A stretch of DNA of 64,000 nt. Source: an uncultured Pseudomonadota bacterium (GTDB lineage Bacteria; Pseudomonadota; Gammaproteobacteria; Acidiferrobacterales; UBA6901). Numbering within the stretch: the stretch's first letter is position 1; every line of letters starts with the position of its first letter. The position numbers and the translations under genes are program-made. Positions 54,533-64,000 of this stretch are shown here, piece after piece. Below the pieces are notes generated by a model. It did not search any database. It was not told the origin of the DNA and saw only the letters and a program-made list of their open reading frames with translations. The DNA is taken from assembly GCA_963698375.1 (NCBI GenBank), contig CAVOQN010000002.1, positions 149,466 through 213,465 of the forward strand, given 5' to 3'.

Positions 54533-55478
54533 ACTTGCCGTACTGCATCAGACGGGCATAACGCACCTTGAGCAGCTCTTCTGACGGTGTCTTGTCGAGC
54601 TCGACCAGTGCAGCGAGCAACGTCTGCTTGAGGTTGGCGGCCATGGTTTCCACGTCGCGGTGTGCGCCGCCGAGAGGCTCTGGCACAATCACATCAACCA
54701 GCCCGAGTTCACGCAGGCGCGGTGCGGTAATGCCCATGGCCTCGGCGGCTTCAGAAGCCTTGCTGGCGCTCTTCCATAGAATCGAGGCGCAACCTTCAGG
54801 TGAAATTACCGAATAAGTCGAGTACTGCAACATCAGCATGCGGTCGCACACACCGATGGCGAGCGCCCCGCCGGAACCACCCTCGCCGATCACCGTGCTC
54901 AGGATCGGTGTTTTCAATCCGGCCATGACATACAGGTTGCGCGCAATGGCCTCGCTCTGGCCACGCTCCTCCGCACCCACGCCCGGATAGGCGCCGGGTG
55001 TGTCGATAAAGGTCAGCACCGGGATTCGAAAACGCTCGGCAGTCTTCATGAGGCGCATGGCCTTGCGGTAGCCCTCGGGCCGCGGCATGCCGAAATTGCG
55101 CTTGAGTTTCTCGCGCGTGTCGCGGCCCTTCTGGTGGCCGATCACCATCACCGGCCGGCCTTCGAGGCGCGCGAGACCGGCAACAATCGCCGGGTCGTCT
55201 GCAAAGGCACGATCGCCGTGCAATTCCTCGAAGTCCGTGAACACACGCCCCAGATAATCGAGTGTGTACGGCCGCAGTGGGTGGCGCGCGAGTTGCGAGA
55301 TCTGCCAGGGCGTCAGATTTGTGAAAATCGATTCAGTCAGTTTGAGGCTTTTGGCGCGCAAACGATTGATCTCATCGCCCAGATTGAGGTCGCGATCGCT
55401 GCCAGCCGCGCGCAACGCCTCGATCTTGGCTTCAAGATCGGCGATGGATTGTTCGAAATCGAGATAATTCTGATTCAT
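54519..55478 (-). CDS. accA: acetyl-CoA carboxylase carboxyltransferase alpha subunit
   Basis: [23 protein letters not shown]...[23 protein letters not shown]. Intact, 319 aa. Confidence 0.95.
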   Translation of the reverse strand: MNQNYLDFEQSIADLEAKIEALRAAGSDRDLNLGDEINRLRAKSLKLTESIFTNLTPWQISQLARHPLRPYTLDYLGRVFTDFEELHGDRAFADDPAIVAGLARLEGRPVMVIGHQKGRDTREKLKRNFGMPRPEGYRKAMRLMKTAERFRIPVLTFIDTPGAYPGVGAEERGQSEAIARNLYVMAGLKTPILSTVIGEGGSGGALAIGVCDRMLMLQYSTYSVISPEGCASILWKSASKASEAAEAMGITAPRLRELGLVDVIVPEPLGGAHRDVETMAANLKQTLLAALVELDKTPSEELLKVRYARLMQYGKFEEA

Positions 55479-58400
55479 GCAAAAGAAACGGCTGCTCCAC
55501 TGCGCTGATGGTCAGGCCGGCCGCGCCTGCTGGCCGGACCTGTCGGGGTCAGGACTCGCCTGGTTTCGGGGTAGGTTAAACGCACCCGCCCCTCACCGGC
55601 AAGCCCGATCAGCCTGTCGAGCAGCGCGCCACCGGGAGTTACCTTCCATTCCGGTCCGAGCAGTATCTCGGCGCTGGCCGGTCCGGCATCATAGCGGATG
55701 CAGACGCGAACAGCTCCCTGGTGTAGACGGCTTGAGGGCCTGTTTCAGTTCCTGCATGAAGTCGGTCGTGGCAAGTGTCGCATCCATGTCGATCTCCAGA
55801 CGACTGGCAAAGGTGCCGCGCGCCTGGTCGATGTTGTAAATACGCTCGGCGCTCATTTTGAATCCACCCGAGTACTCGTCCATGCTCACCTGCCCTTCCA
55901 CTACCAGCAGTGTATCCTTGGCGAGCAGATCGCGGTGCCGTTCGAACAACTCGGAAAATACGGCAAGTTCCAGGCGTCCGGTCCGGTCATCGAGCGTCAC
56001 GAAGGCCATGCGGTCGCCGCGGCGTGTTTGCATCGCACGCATGCCGACCACCAGCCCGGCCACGACAATGTTCTTGTCCTCGGTGGGCTTGAGTTCGGCG
56101 ATGGTGCTGTCGATGAAGCGCGCCAGTTCCTGCTCATAACGCGCAATCGGATGGCCGGTGAGGTACAGGCCAAGCGTTTCTTTCTCACCCTCCAGCCGTT
56201 GCTCTTCGCTCCATGGCGGAACCTGCACAAAAACCGTTGCCGGGGGGGCGCTCGCGGCGCTCTCGCCACCACCCAGACCGAACATGTCATCCTGGCGCGC
56301 CTCTTGCGCACGCCCGACCTGTTCGGCCGCGGCCAGCGCCAAACTGAGGGATGCCATCAACGTCGATCTCGACATTCTGTCCTCATTGGAGGCTCGCCTG
56401 CTGCGACGCGCGAGGCCGTCTAACGCCCCCGCCTTGATGAGGGACTCAAGCACACGTCGATTGACGCGCCGCAGGTCAATGCGCCGGCAGAAGTCGAACA
56501 GGTCACGAAATGGCCCATCTACGCGGCGCACTTCCAGAATCGCGTCGATGGCCGATTGTCCGAGACCTTTGATGGCACCGAGACCATACAATATGGACTG
56601 GGTCGTCCCCGTAGCTTCGGCCTGTTCAGGCGTCGCGCCTGCGCATTCTGCGCTCCTCGGCATCCCGCCTTCCGCGACACTCGCACATTCCTGTGCATCG
56701 TCGTCCAACACCACGAACGCATACTCACAGCGATTGATATCCGGCGGTAGCACACTGATCTTCATGTCGCGGCATTCGGCAATCATGGTCACGACCTTGT
56801 CGGTCTTGTCCATATCTGCTGACAGCACCGCGGCCATGAACGCCGCCGGGTAGTGCGTCTTGAGCCAGGCAGTCTGGTAGGCGATGAGCGCATAGGCCGC
56901 CGAGTGCGAGCGGTTAAAGCCGTAGCCGGCGAATTTTTCAATCAAATCGAAAATATCGGCAGCGAGTTTACCGTTCACGCCACGCCCCTCGGCACCCTGC
57001 ACGAACACACTACGCTGCTGCGCCATCTCTTCCGGTTTCTTTTTACCCATGGCGCGCCGCAGCAGGTCGGCCCCGCCGAGCGTATAACCGGACAACACCT
57101 GCGCGATCTGCATGACCTGTTCCTGGTACAGGATCACGCCATAGGTCGGCTTCAGTATCGGCTCGAGACTCGGGTGCGGATACTTGATTCGTGCGCGGCC
57201 GTGTTTGCGATTAATAAAATCGTCCACCATGCCCGACTGCAACGGTCCCGGCCGGAACAGGGCGACCAGCGCAACGATTTCCTCGAAATTGTCTGGTTGC
57301 AGGCGCTGGATCAGTTCCTTCATGCCGCGCGACTCAAGCTGGAAAAGTGCCGTGGTGCGGCATGACTTTAGCAATTGGAAGTTGGAACATCATCGAGCGG
57401 AAGCTCATCAATAAGTATCGGCGCCAGTCCCATCTTGATGCGCTGCGGGTCCACCATTTTCACTGCACGGTCGATAATCGTGAGGTTGCGTAACCCAAGG
57501 AAGTCAAACTTGACCAAACCGATGTTCTCGACATCTTTCATGTCGTATTGCGTCACGAACTGATGGCTGCCCTGTTCGCAATAAAGCGGCATGAAATCAG
57601 TAAGCGCGCTCGGGGCAATCACCACACCAGCGGCGTGTTTACCGGCATTGCGCGCCAGGCCCTCGAGGGTCTTGGCAGTATCGATCAGTGCGCGCACATC
57701 TTCCTCATTCTCGTATCGGTCCTTGAGCATTGGCTCTTGTTCGAGCGCCTTGTCGAGGGTCATTTCAAGTTCATGCGGAACCAGCTTGGCAATTTTGTCG
57801 ACGTAACCGTATGGGTGATTGAGCACGCGCCCGACGTCGCGCACCACCGCCTTCGCTGCCATGGTGCCATGGGTAATGATTTGCGACACCTTCTCCTGTC
57901 CGTATTTGCGCGTCACATATTCAATCACCCGGTCGCGGCCTTCGATACAAAAATCCACGTCGAAGTCCGGCAGCGAAACACGTTCGGGGTTGAGAAATCG
58001 CTCGAACAGCAGGTCGTAATGTATGGGATCGAGCGCGGTGATGCCGAGCGAAAATGCCACAAGTGAACCGGCACCGGAGCCACGGCCCGGGCCAACCGGC
58101 ACATCGTTGGCGCGTGCCCACTGAATAAAATCCGCGACGATCAGGAAGTAGCCGGAGAAACCCATCTGGATAATGACACCCAGCTCAAGCGCCAGGCGAT
58201 CCTCGTACTGCTTGCGGCGCACCGGGTCATTCTCCGGGTCGATGCGCCGCATGCGCTCGGCAAGTCCGGCACTCGCGTTGGCGCGCAACACCTGTTCGAC
58301 ATCCTGTCCGGGCGGCAATGGAAAGTCCGGCAGAAAGTTGCGCCCGAGATCGAGGCTAAAATTACAGCGGCGTGCAATCTCGACGGTGTTCGCCAGCGCC

Positions 58401-59164
58401 TCGGGAATATCCTGGAAGAGTTCCGCCATCTCTTCCGCCGAACGAAAATACTGCTCGGGTGTAAAGAGACGCGGGCGACGGACGTCGGTCAGAACACGGC
58501 TGTCCTGGATGCAGACACGCACCTCGTGCGCTTCAAATTCATCGGCCTTCAGAAATTGCACTGCATTGGTTGCAACCACGGGCAATCCTAGACGTGCGGC
58601 CAATTCCACGGATGCATGCACGCACTCTTCCTGCAATGGTTGTACCGGTACGCTGCAGTTCGATGTAGAAACGTTGCGGAAACCACTGCTGATACTCGTG
58701 TCCCAGCCGTTCCGCGACATCCATGTGGCCACCGACCAGTGCCTGGCCAATATCGCCATCGAGCGCGCCGGACAAGGCAATGAGTCCGTCACTGTGCCCG
58801 TTGAGCCACGCTCGCTGGATGCAGGGCCGTCCGGCATGCTGACCCTCGGTATAGGCGCGGGTCAGCAGACTGATTCAGATTGAGGTAGCCCTGACGGTCC
58901 TGACAGAGCAGCACCAGCCGGTAAGGTTTATTGCGCTCTGTCGGAATTCTCCAGCCACACATCACTGCCCAATATCGGCTTCACACCAGCCTTGACTGCC
59001 TTTTGGAAGAACTTGACGGCGCCGAACACATTCGCCAGATCGGTCAACGCGACCGCAGGCATGTGCGCCGCGGCGGTTGCCGCCACCAGTTCTTCGATGC
59101 GCACAATGCCGTCCGACAATGAATATTCGGAATGCAGGTGCAGATGGACGAATGGCGTGCTCAC
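55475..59164 (-). pseudogene. dnaE: DNA polymerase III alpha subunit; at least five frameshifts; 3' boundary uncertain
   Basis: GTG 59164: (M)STPFVHLHLHSEYSLSDG (PHP domain). The large pieces are 57368..58837 and 55689..57374 (FQLESRGMKELI, the OB-fold region). Small pieces lie between 58540 and 58930. After about 55715 another frame carries VRVCIRYDAGPASAEILLGPEWKV... and can run to a TGA overlapping the accA ATG. Confidence 0.9.
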
Positions 59165-59280
59165 AGGGCTATTTCACCCGAAATAGCCAGCTGTGGGAAG
59201 AAATAAACTGGCTGAAAAATACACTCGAATTAGCTACTAGATATATATTGTATATTATTGTTTATAATAACTATTATTTA

Positions 59281-59891
59281 TCAGTACAACAGACGTTTGA
59301 CCGGTGCAAAACTGCGTCGGTGAACTGGCGAAGGTCCGAGCTCTCGTAATGCCCGCCGGTGTGCAACAGTTGGATAACCCTTGTGGATCGCAAAACCATA
59401 GCCTGGATACTCAACATCAAGTTCCTGCAAGATGGCGTCGCGGGCTACCTTGGCCAAAATAGAAGCTGCAGAAATGGATTTAATCGTCGCATCACCGCGC
59501 ACCACCGTGCGTACCGGACAGGACAGTCTGGGGGCACGGTTCCCGTCCACGAGCACCAGATCCGGTGTCATCGCCAAGTCCCGTGTACGGCGCGTTGCAT
59601 CGCCAGCAGCGTTGCTTGCAGAATATTGAGTTGGTCAATTTCCTCCACTGATGCCATGCCCAGCGCCCAGGCAGCGGCGTGCAGACGGATTTCATCGGCG
59701 AGGGTCTCGCGACGCAGCGCGCTCAGTGTCTTGGAGTCTGCCAGACCGTCAATCGGATAGGAAGCGCTGAGAATCGACCGCAGCTGCCACGACGGGTCCG
59801 GCCAATGGACCGCGTCCGGCTTCATCCACGCCTGCCAAGATTATGCTCCGTATCAGATTCTGAGCAAATCGTTATCAATTTCTCCTGTCAT
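59281..59891 (-). pseudogene. rnhB: ribonuclease HII; about 2-3 frameshifts
   Basis: ATG 59891 overlaps the lpxB TGA. My hand translation finds [33 protein letters not shown]...[23 protein letters not shown] is in ORF 59568..59825, and [19 protein letters not shown]...GYPT in ORF 59281..59577. Confidence 0.8.
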
Positions 59892-61092
59892 GACGAAGTC
59901 ACGTGAGGAACAGTACGCCTCTGTAATACATCAAGCACGGCCTGCGCTGCCTGTTCGCTGGCATTGCCTCGCAGGCGTTCTGCCAGTGTCTCGAACGCTT
60001 TGAGCACTTCGCGTGCATACAGAGGACGACTGAGGTAACGCTCCACGGCGGCCCCGAGGTTCTCTGGCGTGGCATCATTCTGGAGAAGCTCCGGCACCAG
60101 GTGCCGGCCGGCAAGATTGTTGGGCATGGCGTAAAGTGAAATATGCGAAAAGGCACGCATCAGCCAGTAACTAAGACGCGAGACCCGGTAGGTCACCACC
60201 ATCAGACGCCGCACCAGCATCGCCTCAAGGGTGGCAGTGCCGGAGGCGAGCAGCACCACGTCCGCGGCAGCCATCACTTCACGCGAGTGGCCGTGGAAGC
60301 GCGTGATCGGCAGATCCCAGGCCTGGTGGCGACGAATGGCTTCTTCAAACAACACCTGCGTACGGCGATTCACGAAAGGAATAATAAACTGCAACTGCGG
60401 ATGTACGCGCGATCAGCCACTGGCAGGTCTCAACAAACAGATCGGCGAGCGCTTTGAGTTCGCTCACCCGGCTACCCGGAAGAAGCGCAACCGTTGGCCG
60501 CTTGAGATCGAGTTTCAACCGGTCACGGTGCGGTAGCGGATCGTCGTCGCCATGAATCTCATCTGCGAGTGGATGGCCCACAAAGGTCGCCTGCACGCCG
60601 TGTTTGGCATAAAAATCCTGCTCAAACGGGAACAGCACCAGAATTCGGTCGACCGCACGTTTGATCTTTTGCACGCGCCAGGTGCGCCAGGCCCAGACCT
60701 GCGGACTCACATAGTGAACGGTCGCGATACCCGCACGCCGCAACTGTTCTTCCACGCCGAGATTGAATCCCGGCGAATCCACGCCGATGAAAATATCCGG
60801 AGGGTTGGCAAGAAAGTGTGCGATCAGGTGTTTGCGCAGACGGCGCAGCTCAAAATAATGGCCTAAGAATTTCAGTGAGCCCAAGAACCGACAACCTCTC
60901 CATGGGAAACAGGCTGTTGCAGCCCTCGGCCTGCATTTCTGATCCGCCGATGCCCTCGAAACGAACATCCGGAAGGTGTCGTCTGATGGCCTTCATCAGG
61001 CGTGCACCGAGAAGATCACCGGAGGCTTCACCGGCAATGATACCGATACGCACCGGCCGCCCTTCCCCGGCCCGGGCGGACGACTGTGCCAT
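59888..61092 (-). pseudogene. lpxB: lipid-A-disaccharide synthase; two frameshifts
   Basis: RIGIIAGEASGDLLGARLM (60850..61092), PDIFIGVDSPGFNLGVEEQLRRAGIATVHYVSPQVWAWR (60345..60968), ASGTATLEAML (59888..60394). Confidence 0.85.
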
Positions 61093-61125
61093 CGGGGGAA
61101 TACGCGAAATCCATGGCGGATCGGG

Positions 61126-61897
61126 TCAACGGATAATGCCGCGCCCGGCGTTCCGGATGAAATCGGTAAAAATGGCAACCTCCGGATATTGAGCGCTGAG
61201 TGGCATGAGATTCTGTAGCGCCTGATCGGTCGTCAGGCCGGAACGGTAGACCGTCTTGTACGCATCCTTCAATCCCTGAATCGCGTCATCCGAGAAACCC
61301 CGGCGCTTTAGACCGCGCACATTGAGACCGTATGGTTTGGCGGTGTTCCCATGCACCATCAAAAATGGGGGAATGTCCTTGAACGAGACCGTGGCGACTC
61401 CCAGCATGACATGCGCGCCGACCTTGCAGAATTGGTGAATGCCGACAAAGCCACCGAGAATTGAGTGCGCGCCGATTTCAACATGTCCGGCGAGCGTGGC
61501 ATTATTGGCGAAGACTACGCGATCTCCGACTTGGCAGTCATGAGCAATGTGCACATATGCCATAAACAAGCTGTCGCTACCGACACGGGTGACGCCGCCG
61601 CCGCCGACCGTGCCGCGACTGAAGGTGCAGCACTCGCGAATGACATTGCGATCCCCAATCTCAAGACGAGTAGGCTCGCCTGCGTACTTCAGGTCCTGTG
61701 GTGCTTCGCCAATGGAACAGAACTGGAATATCTTGTTGCCGCTTCCAATGTTTGTGGGGCCATTCACCACCACGTGCGGACCTATCCAGGTTCCATCACC
61801 AATAGTTCACGTCCGGTCCAATAATGGAAAATGCGCCAACTTGTACGTCCTTCCCGAGCTTGGCACGCGGGTCGATGATGGCTTGCGGGTGAATCAC
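61126..61897 (-). pseudogene. lpxA: acyl-ACP--UDP-N-acetylglucosamine O-acyltransferase; one frameshift near 61805
   Basis: GTG 61897: [30 protein letters not shown] (my hand translation), then ORF 61126..61773 with hexapeptide repeats and LKRRGFSDDAIQGLKDAYKTVYRSG. Confidence 0.85.
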
Positions 61898-62348
61898 TTA
61901 ATCGAATTCCTTATACGTGCACATGAGTTCAGCTGAACAGGCCAATTCTTCACCAACAAAAGCGTTGCCTTCGTACATCCAGATTCCGCGCATTTTACGC
62001 GTTATCCTGACCTCGAAACGTAACTGGTCGCCCGGTTCCACTTGTCGCTTGAAACGCGCCTTGTCGATTCCGACAAACAGAAAGACCCCTTTGTCGCTGG
62101 TCTGGGTTTCGTCTGACAAATTGGTCAAAACTCCACACGCCTGTGCCATGGCTTCAACCACAAGCACACCCGGCATTACCGGACGAGACGGGAAATGGCC
62201 AGGAAAAAACGGCTCATTGATACGTCACGTTCTTGATGGCCGTCAGCGACTCGCCTTTGGTGTAATCCAGCACCCGGTCAATGAGCAGAAATGGATAGCG
62301 ATGCGGCAACAGCCGCAGAACTTGATGGATATCGAGACTATTCTTCAA
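61898..62348 (-). pseudogene. fabZ: 3-hydroxyacyl-ACP dehydratase FabZ; one frameshift near 62220
   Basis: TTG 62348 lies after a GGGAGGA. The sequence reads [29 protein letters not shown]..., then ORF 61898..62176 gives PGVLVVEAMAQACGVL...FVGIDKARFKRQVEPGDQL. Confidence 0.85.
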
Positions 62349-62372
62349 TATTTCCTCCCTCGGAGATTTCAG

Positions 62373-63392
62373 TTATAGTTTTTGCTCCAACTTATTTAAA
62401 CGCCGCGCCATATCGTCAAGCTGACGCATGCGCGCCGCGTTCTTGAGCCAGCTCGAATAGGCTTCAAGCGGGGTTCCTGATGAGTAGGTTCCGGCCTCCC
62501 GTATGGTGTGTGAAACAACCGTCGGCGCCCGTGATATGGACATCATCCGCGATTTCAATATGCCCGACAACGCCAACTTGACCGGCAAGCGTACAACGCT
62601 TGCCGACGTGGGTACTGCCGGCGATACCGACGCAGGCGGCCATTGCGGTATCCTCACCAATGTGCACGTTGTGCGCAATATGGATCAGATTGTCTAGCTT
62701 TACGCCGCGCTCGATCACCGTGTCGCCCAGCGCACCGCGATCAATCGTCGTATTTGCGCCGATCTCGACTTCATCGCCGATGATCACCCGTCCCAGCTGC
62801 GGGGTCTTTTCCCAACGCACACCATCATGTGCATAAACAAATCCGTCACTGCCAATTACCGCGCCAGAGTGAACAATGCAGTGTTGTCCCAAAACACAGT
62901 CTGCACCAATTGACACGTTGGCATGTAACCACGTCCCGTCACCAATCACAGCATCCCTTCCGATGTAACAACCGGGTCCAATAACCACGCCTCTTCCGAC
63001 ACGAGCGCCCGATTCTACCACTACGTTCGGACCGATTGCTGCATCGGTAGCAACTTCGGCAGAGTCGTTTATCACTGCTTTCTCATGAATACCAATCTGT
63101 GGCCGAATGGGTGGATGCAGTACTGTGGCAACACGCGTGAAGCAGAGGCGTGGATTGTCGCTGATCAACATGTTGCCGGAGTAAACGCGCGAATCGACGT
63201 CTCCAAGAACGACGGCGCCAGCATGGGTCACTGCAAGCTGGGAGCGATACTTCTCGCCAGCGACAAAGGCAATGTCATGCGGTCCGGCAGTCTCCAGGGT
63301 CGCAATCCGGTTTATTCGATAATCGGGATCGCCGCGCAGTTCGCCGTGACAGCGGTGCGCCAGTTCAGCCAGATGTCGCTCCCATGTGCCAT
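62373..63392 (-). pseudogene. lpxD: UDP-3-O-acylglucosamine N-acyltransferase; about two frameshifts
   Basis: ATG 63392, then an immediate shift to LAELAHRCHGELRGDPDYRINRIATLETAGPHDIAFV. Hexapeptide repeats lie in ORF 62464..63231. The C-terminal helix SWLKNAARMRQLDDMARRLNKLEQ is in ORF 62373..62678. Confidence 0.85.
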
Positions 63393-63396
63393 CCGT

Positions 63397-63929
63397 TTAT
63401 TGCTTACCGAGTTTCTTCAGCACCTTTTCGGTGATATCGATGCTTTCGCTCGCGTACACCGTCCCTTCGTGCAGGACGAGATCGTATTTTTCCTGTTTGG
63501 CAATATCCAGAATTGCCTTACGTACAACCTGTTGCAATACTGCCAGCTCTTCATTGCGTCGCTGATTGTAATCCTCGCGGAATTCAGCGGTCGCTCGCTT
63601 GAGTTCACGTTTGAGCGTGAGCGCCTCGCGTTCTCGCGCACGACGATCTGCTGCTTTCTGTGCCGGCACATTCATTCTGCAATTCTTCATTCAGCAGACG
63701 GATTTTGTTTTGCAGTGCAACGAGTTCCTTGTCACGTCGGTGAGAATTCGGTTTCCAGTTTTTTTAGTGCAGCCACACCTTGTGGCGCTTCCTCGATGAC
63801 GCGAACGGCGTTTACGTAGCCGATTTTGAGTTCTGCCAGTGCCTGGCCGGAAAGCGCCGCAAGTAATAAACCGACAAGAATCGTTCGCGCTCGAGATTGC
63901 AGTGAACGAAAAGGATAATTTCTACTCAT
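63397..63929 (-). pseudogene. skp: periplasmic chaperone Skp (OmpH); 1-2 frameshifts
   Basis: Signal peptide MSRNYPFRSLQSRARTILVGLLLAALSGQALA, then ELKIGYVNAVRVIEE (ORF 63732..63947). The coiled-coil and C-terminal part ...ILDIAKQEKYDLVLHEGTVYASESIDITEKVLKKL is in ORF 63397..63690. Confidence 0.7.
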
Positions 63930-63956
63930 GGAGTATGAGTTCGCCATCAGATAAAT

Positions 63957-64000
63957 TTACCGGAAAGCCTGACCAAGCGTGAACTGTACGGATTCAGTAC
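63957..64000 (-). CDS. bamA: 3' end of the outer-membrane assembly factor BamA (partial)
   Basis: The minus frame reads ...ESVQFTLGQAFR, then TAA at 63957. This is the typical aromatic-ended beta-barrel C-terminus. Its position upstream of skp-lpxD-fabZ-lpxA-lpxB fits. Only 14 codons are visible. Confidence 0.4.
   Translation of the reverse strand, partial: TESVQFTLGQAFR

Overview
This is a high-GC (roughly 60% by eye) chromosomal segment with gammaproteobacterial-type gene order. It is almost entirely housekeeping genes, mostly on the minus strand. The blocks, in order:
- hom-alaC
- surE-pcm-nlpD-rpoS
- tRNA-Pro, MerR, ihfA, pheT, pheS, rplT, rpmI, infC, thrS, tRNA-Val
- a PstS-like binding protein
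- uvrB, divergent from an aspartate aminotransferase
- a FimT-like pseudopilin and tRNA-Asn
- a lipoprotein / cNMP-binding / MFS-HEAT transporter / gshA block
- an ATP-grasp ligase and an IscA-like gene, then yggX
- acpS-pdxJ-recO-era-rnc-DUF4845-lepB-lepA
- degP-rseB-rseA-rpoE, divergent from nadB
- ygfX-sdhE-sdhBADC, divergent from ygfZ
- a YeiH-like transporter, a USP and a hypothetical gene
- ftsB-eno-kdsA-pyrG
- tilS-accA-dnaE
- rnhB-lpxB-lpxA-fabZ-lpxD-skp-bamA (3' end only)

I saw no transposase, integrase, phage gene, CRISPR array or rRNA.

The dominant technical feature is that about half the genes are interrupted by 1-nt-type frameshifts. These include essential genes (dnaE, thrS, eno, kdsA, tilS, lpxABD, fabZ, sdhAB). 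The breaks cluster in discrete blocks, so I read them as assembly or sequencing indels rather than real pseudogenes. Such genes are listed as type pseudogene with outer boundaries.

The least conventional biology is the tightly coupled minus-strand block at 20.2-25.6 kb. It contains a plant-type glutamate-cysteine ligase, a 900-aa Npt1/MFS-like transporter with a long HEAT-repeat tail, a stand-alone cyclic-nucleotide-binding protein and an unknown lipoprotein. Just upstream lie an ATP-grasp ligase and an IscA/HesB protein with an odd Gly/Cys-rich tail. All functional links are inference from sequence reading only; no searches were run.
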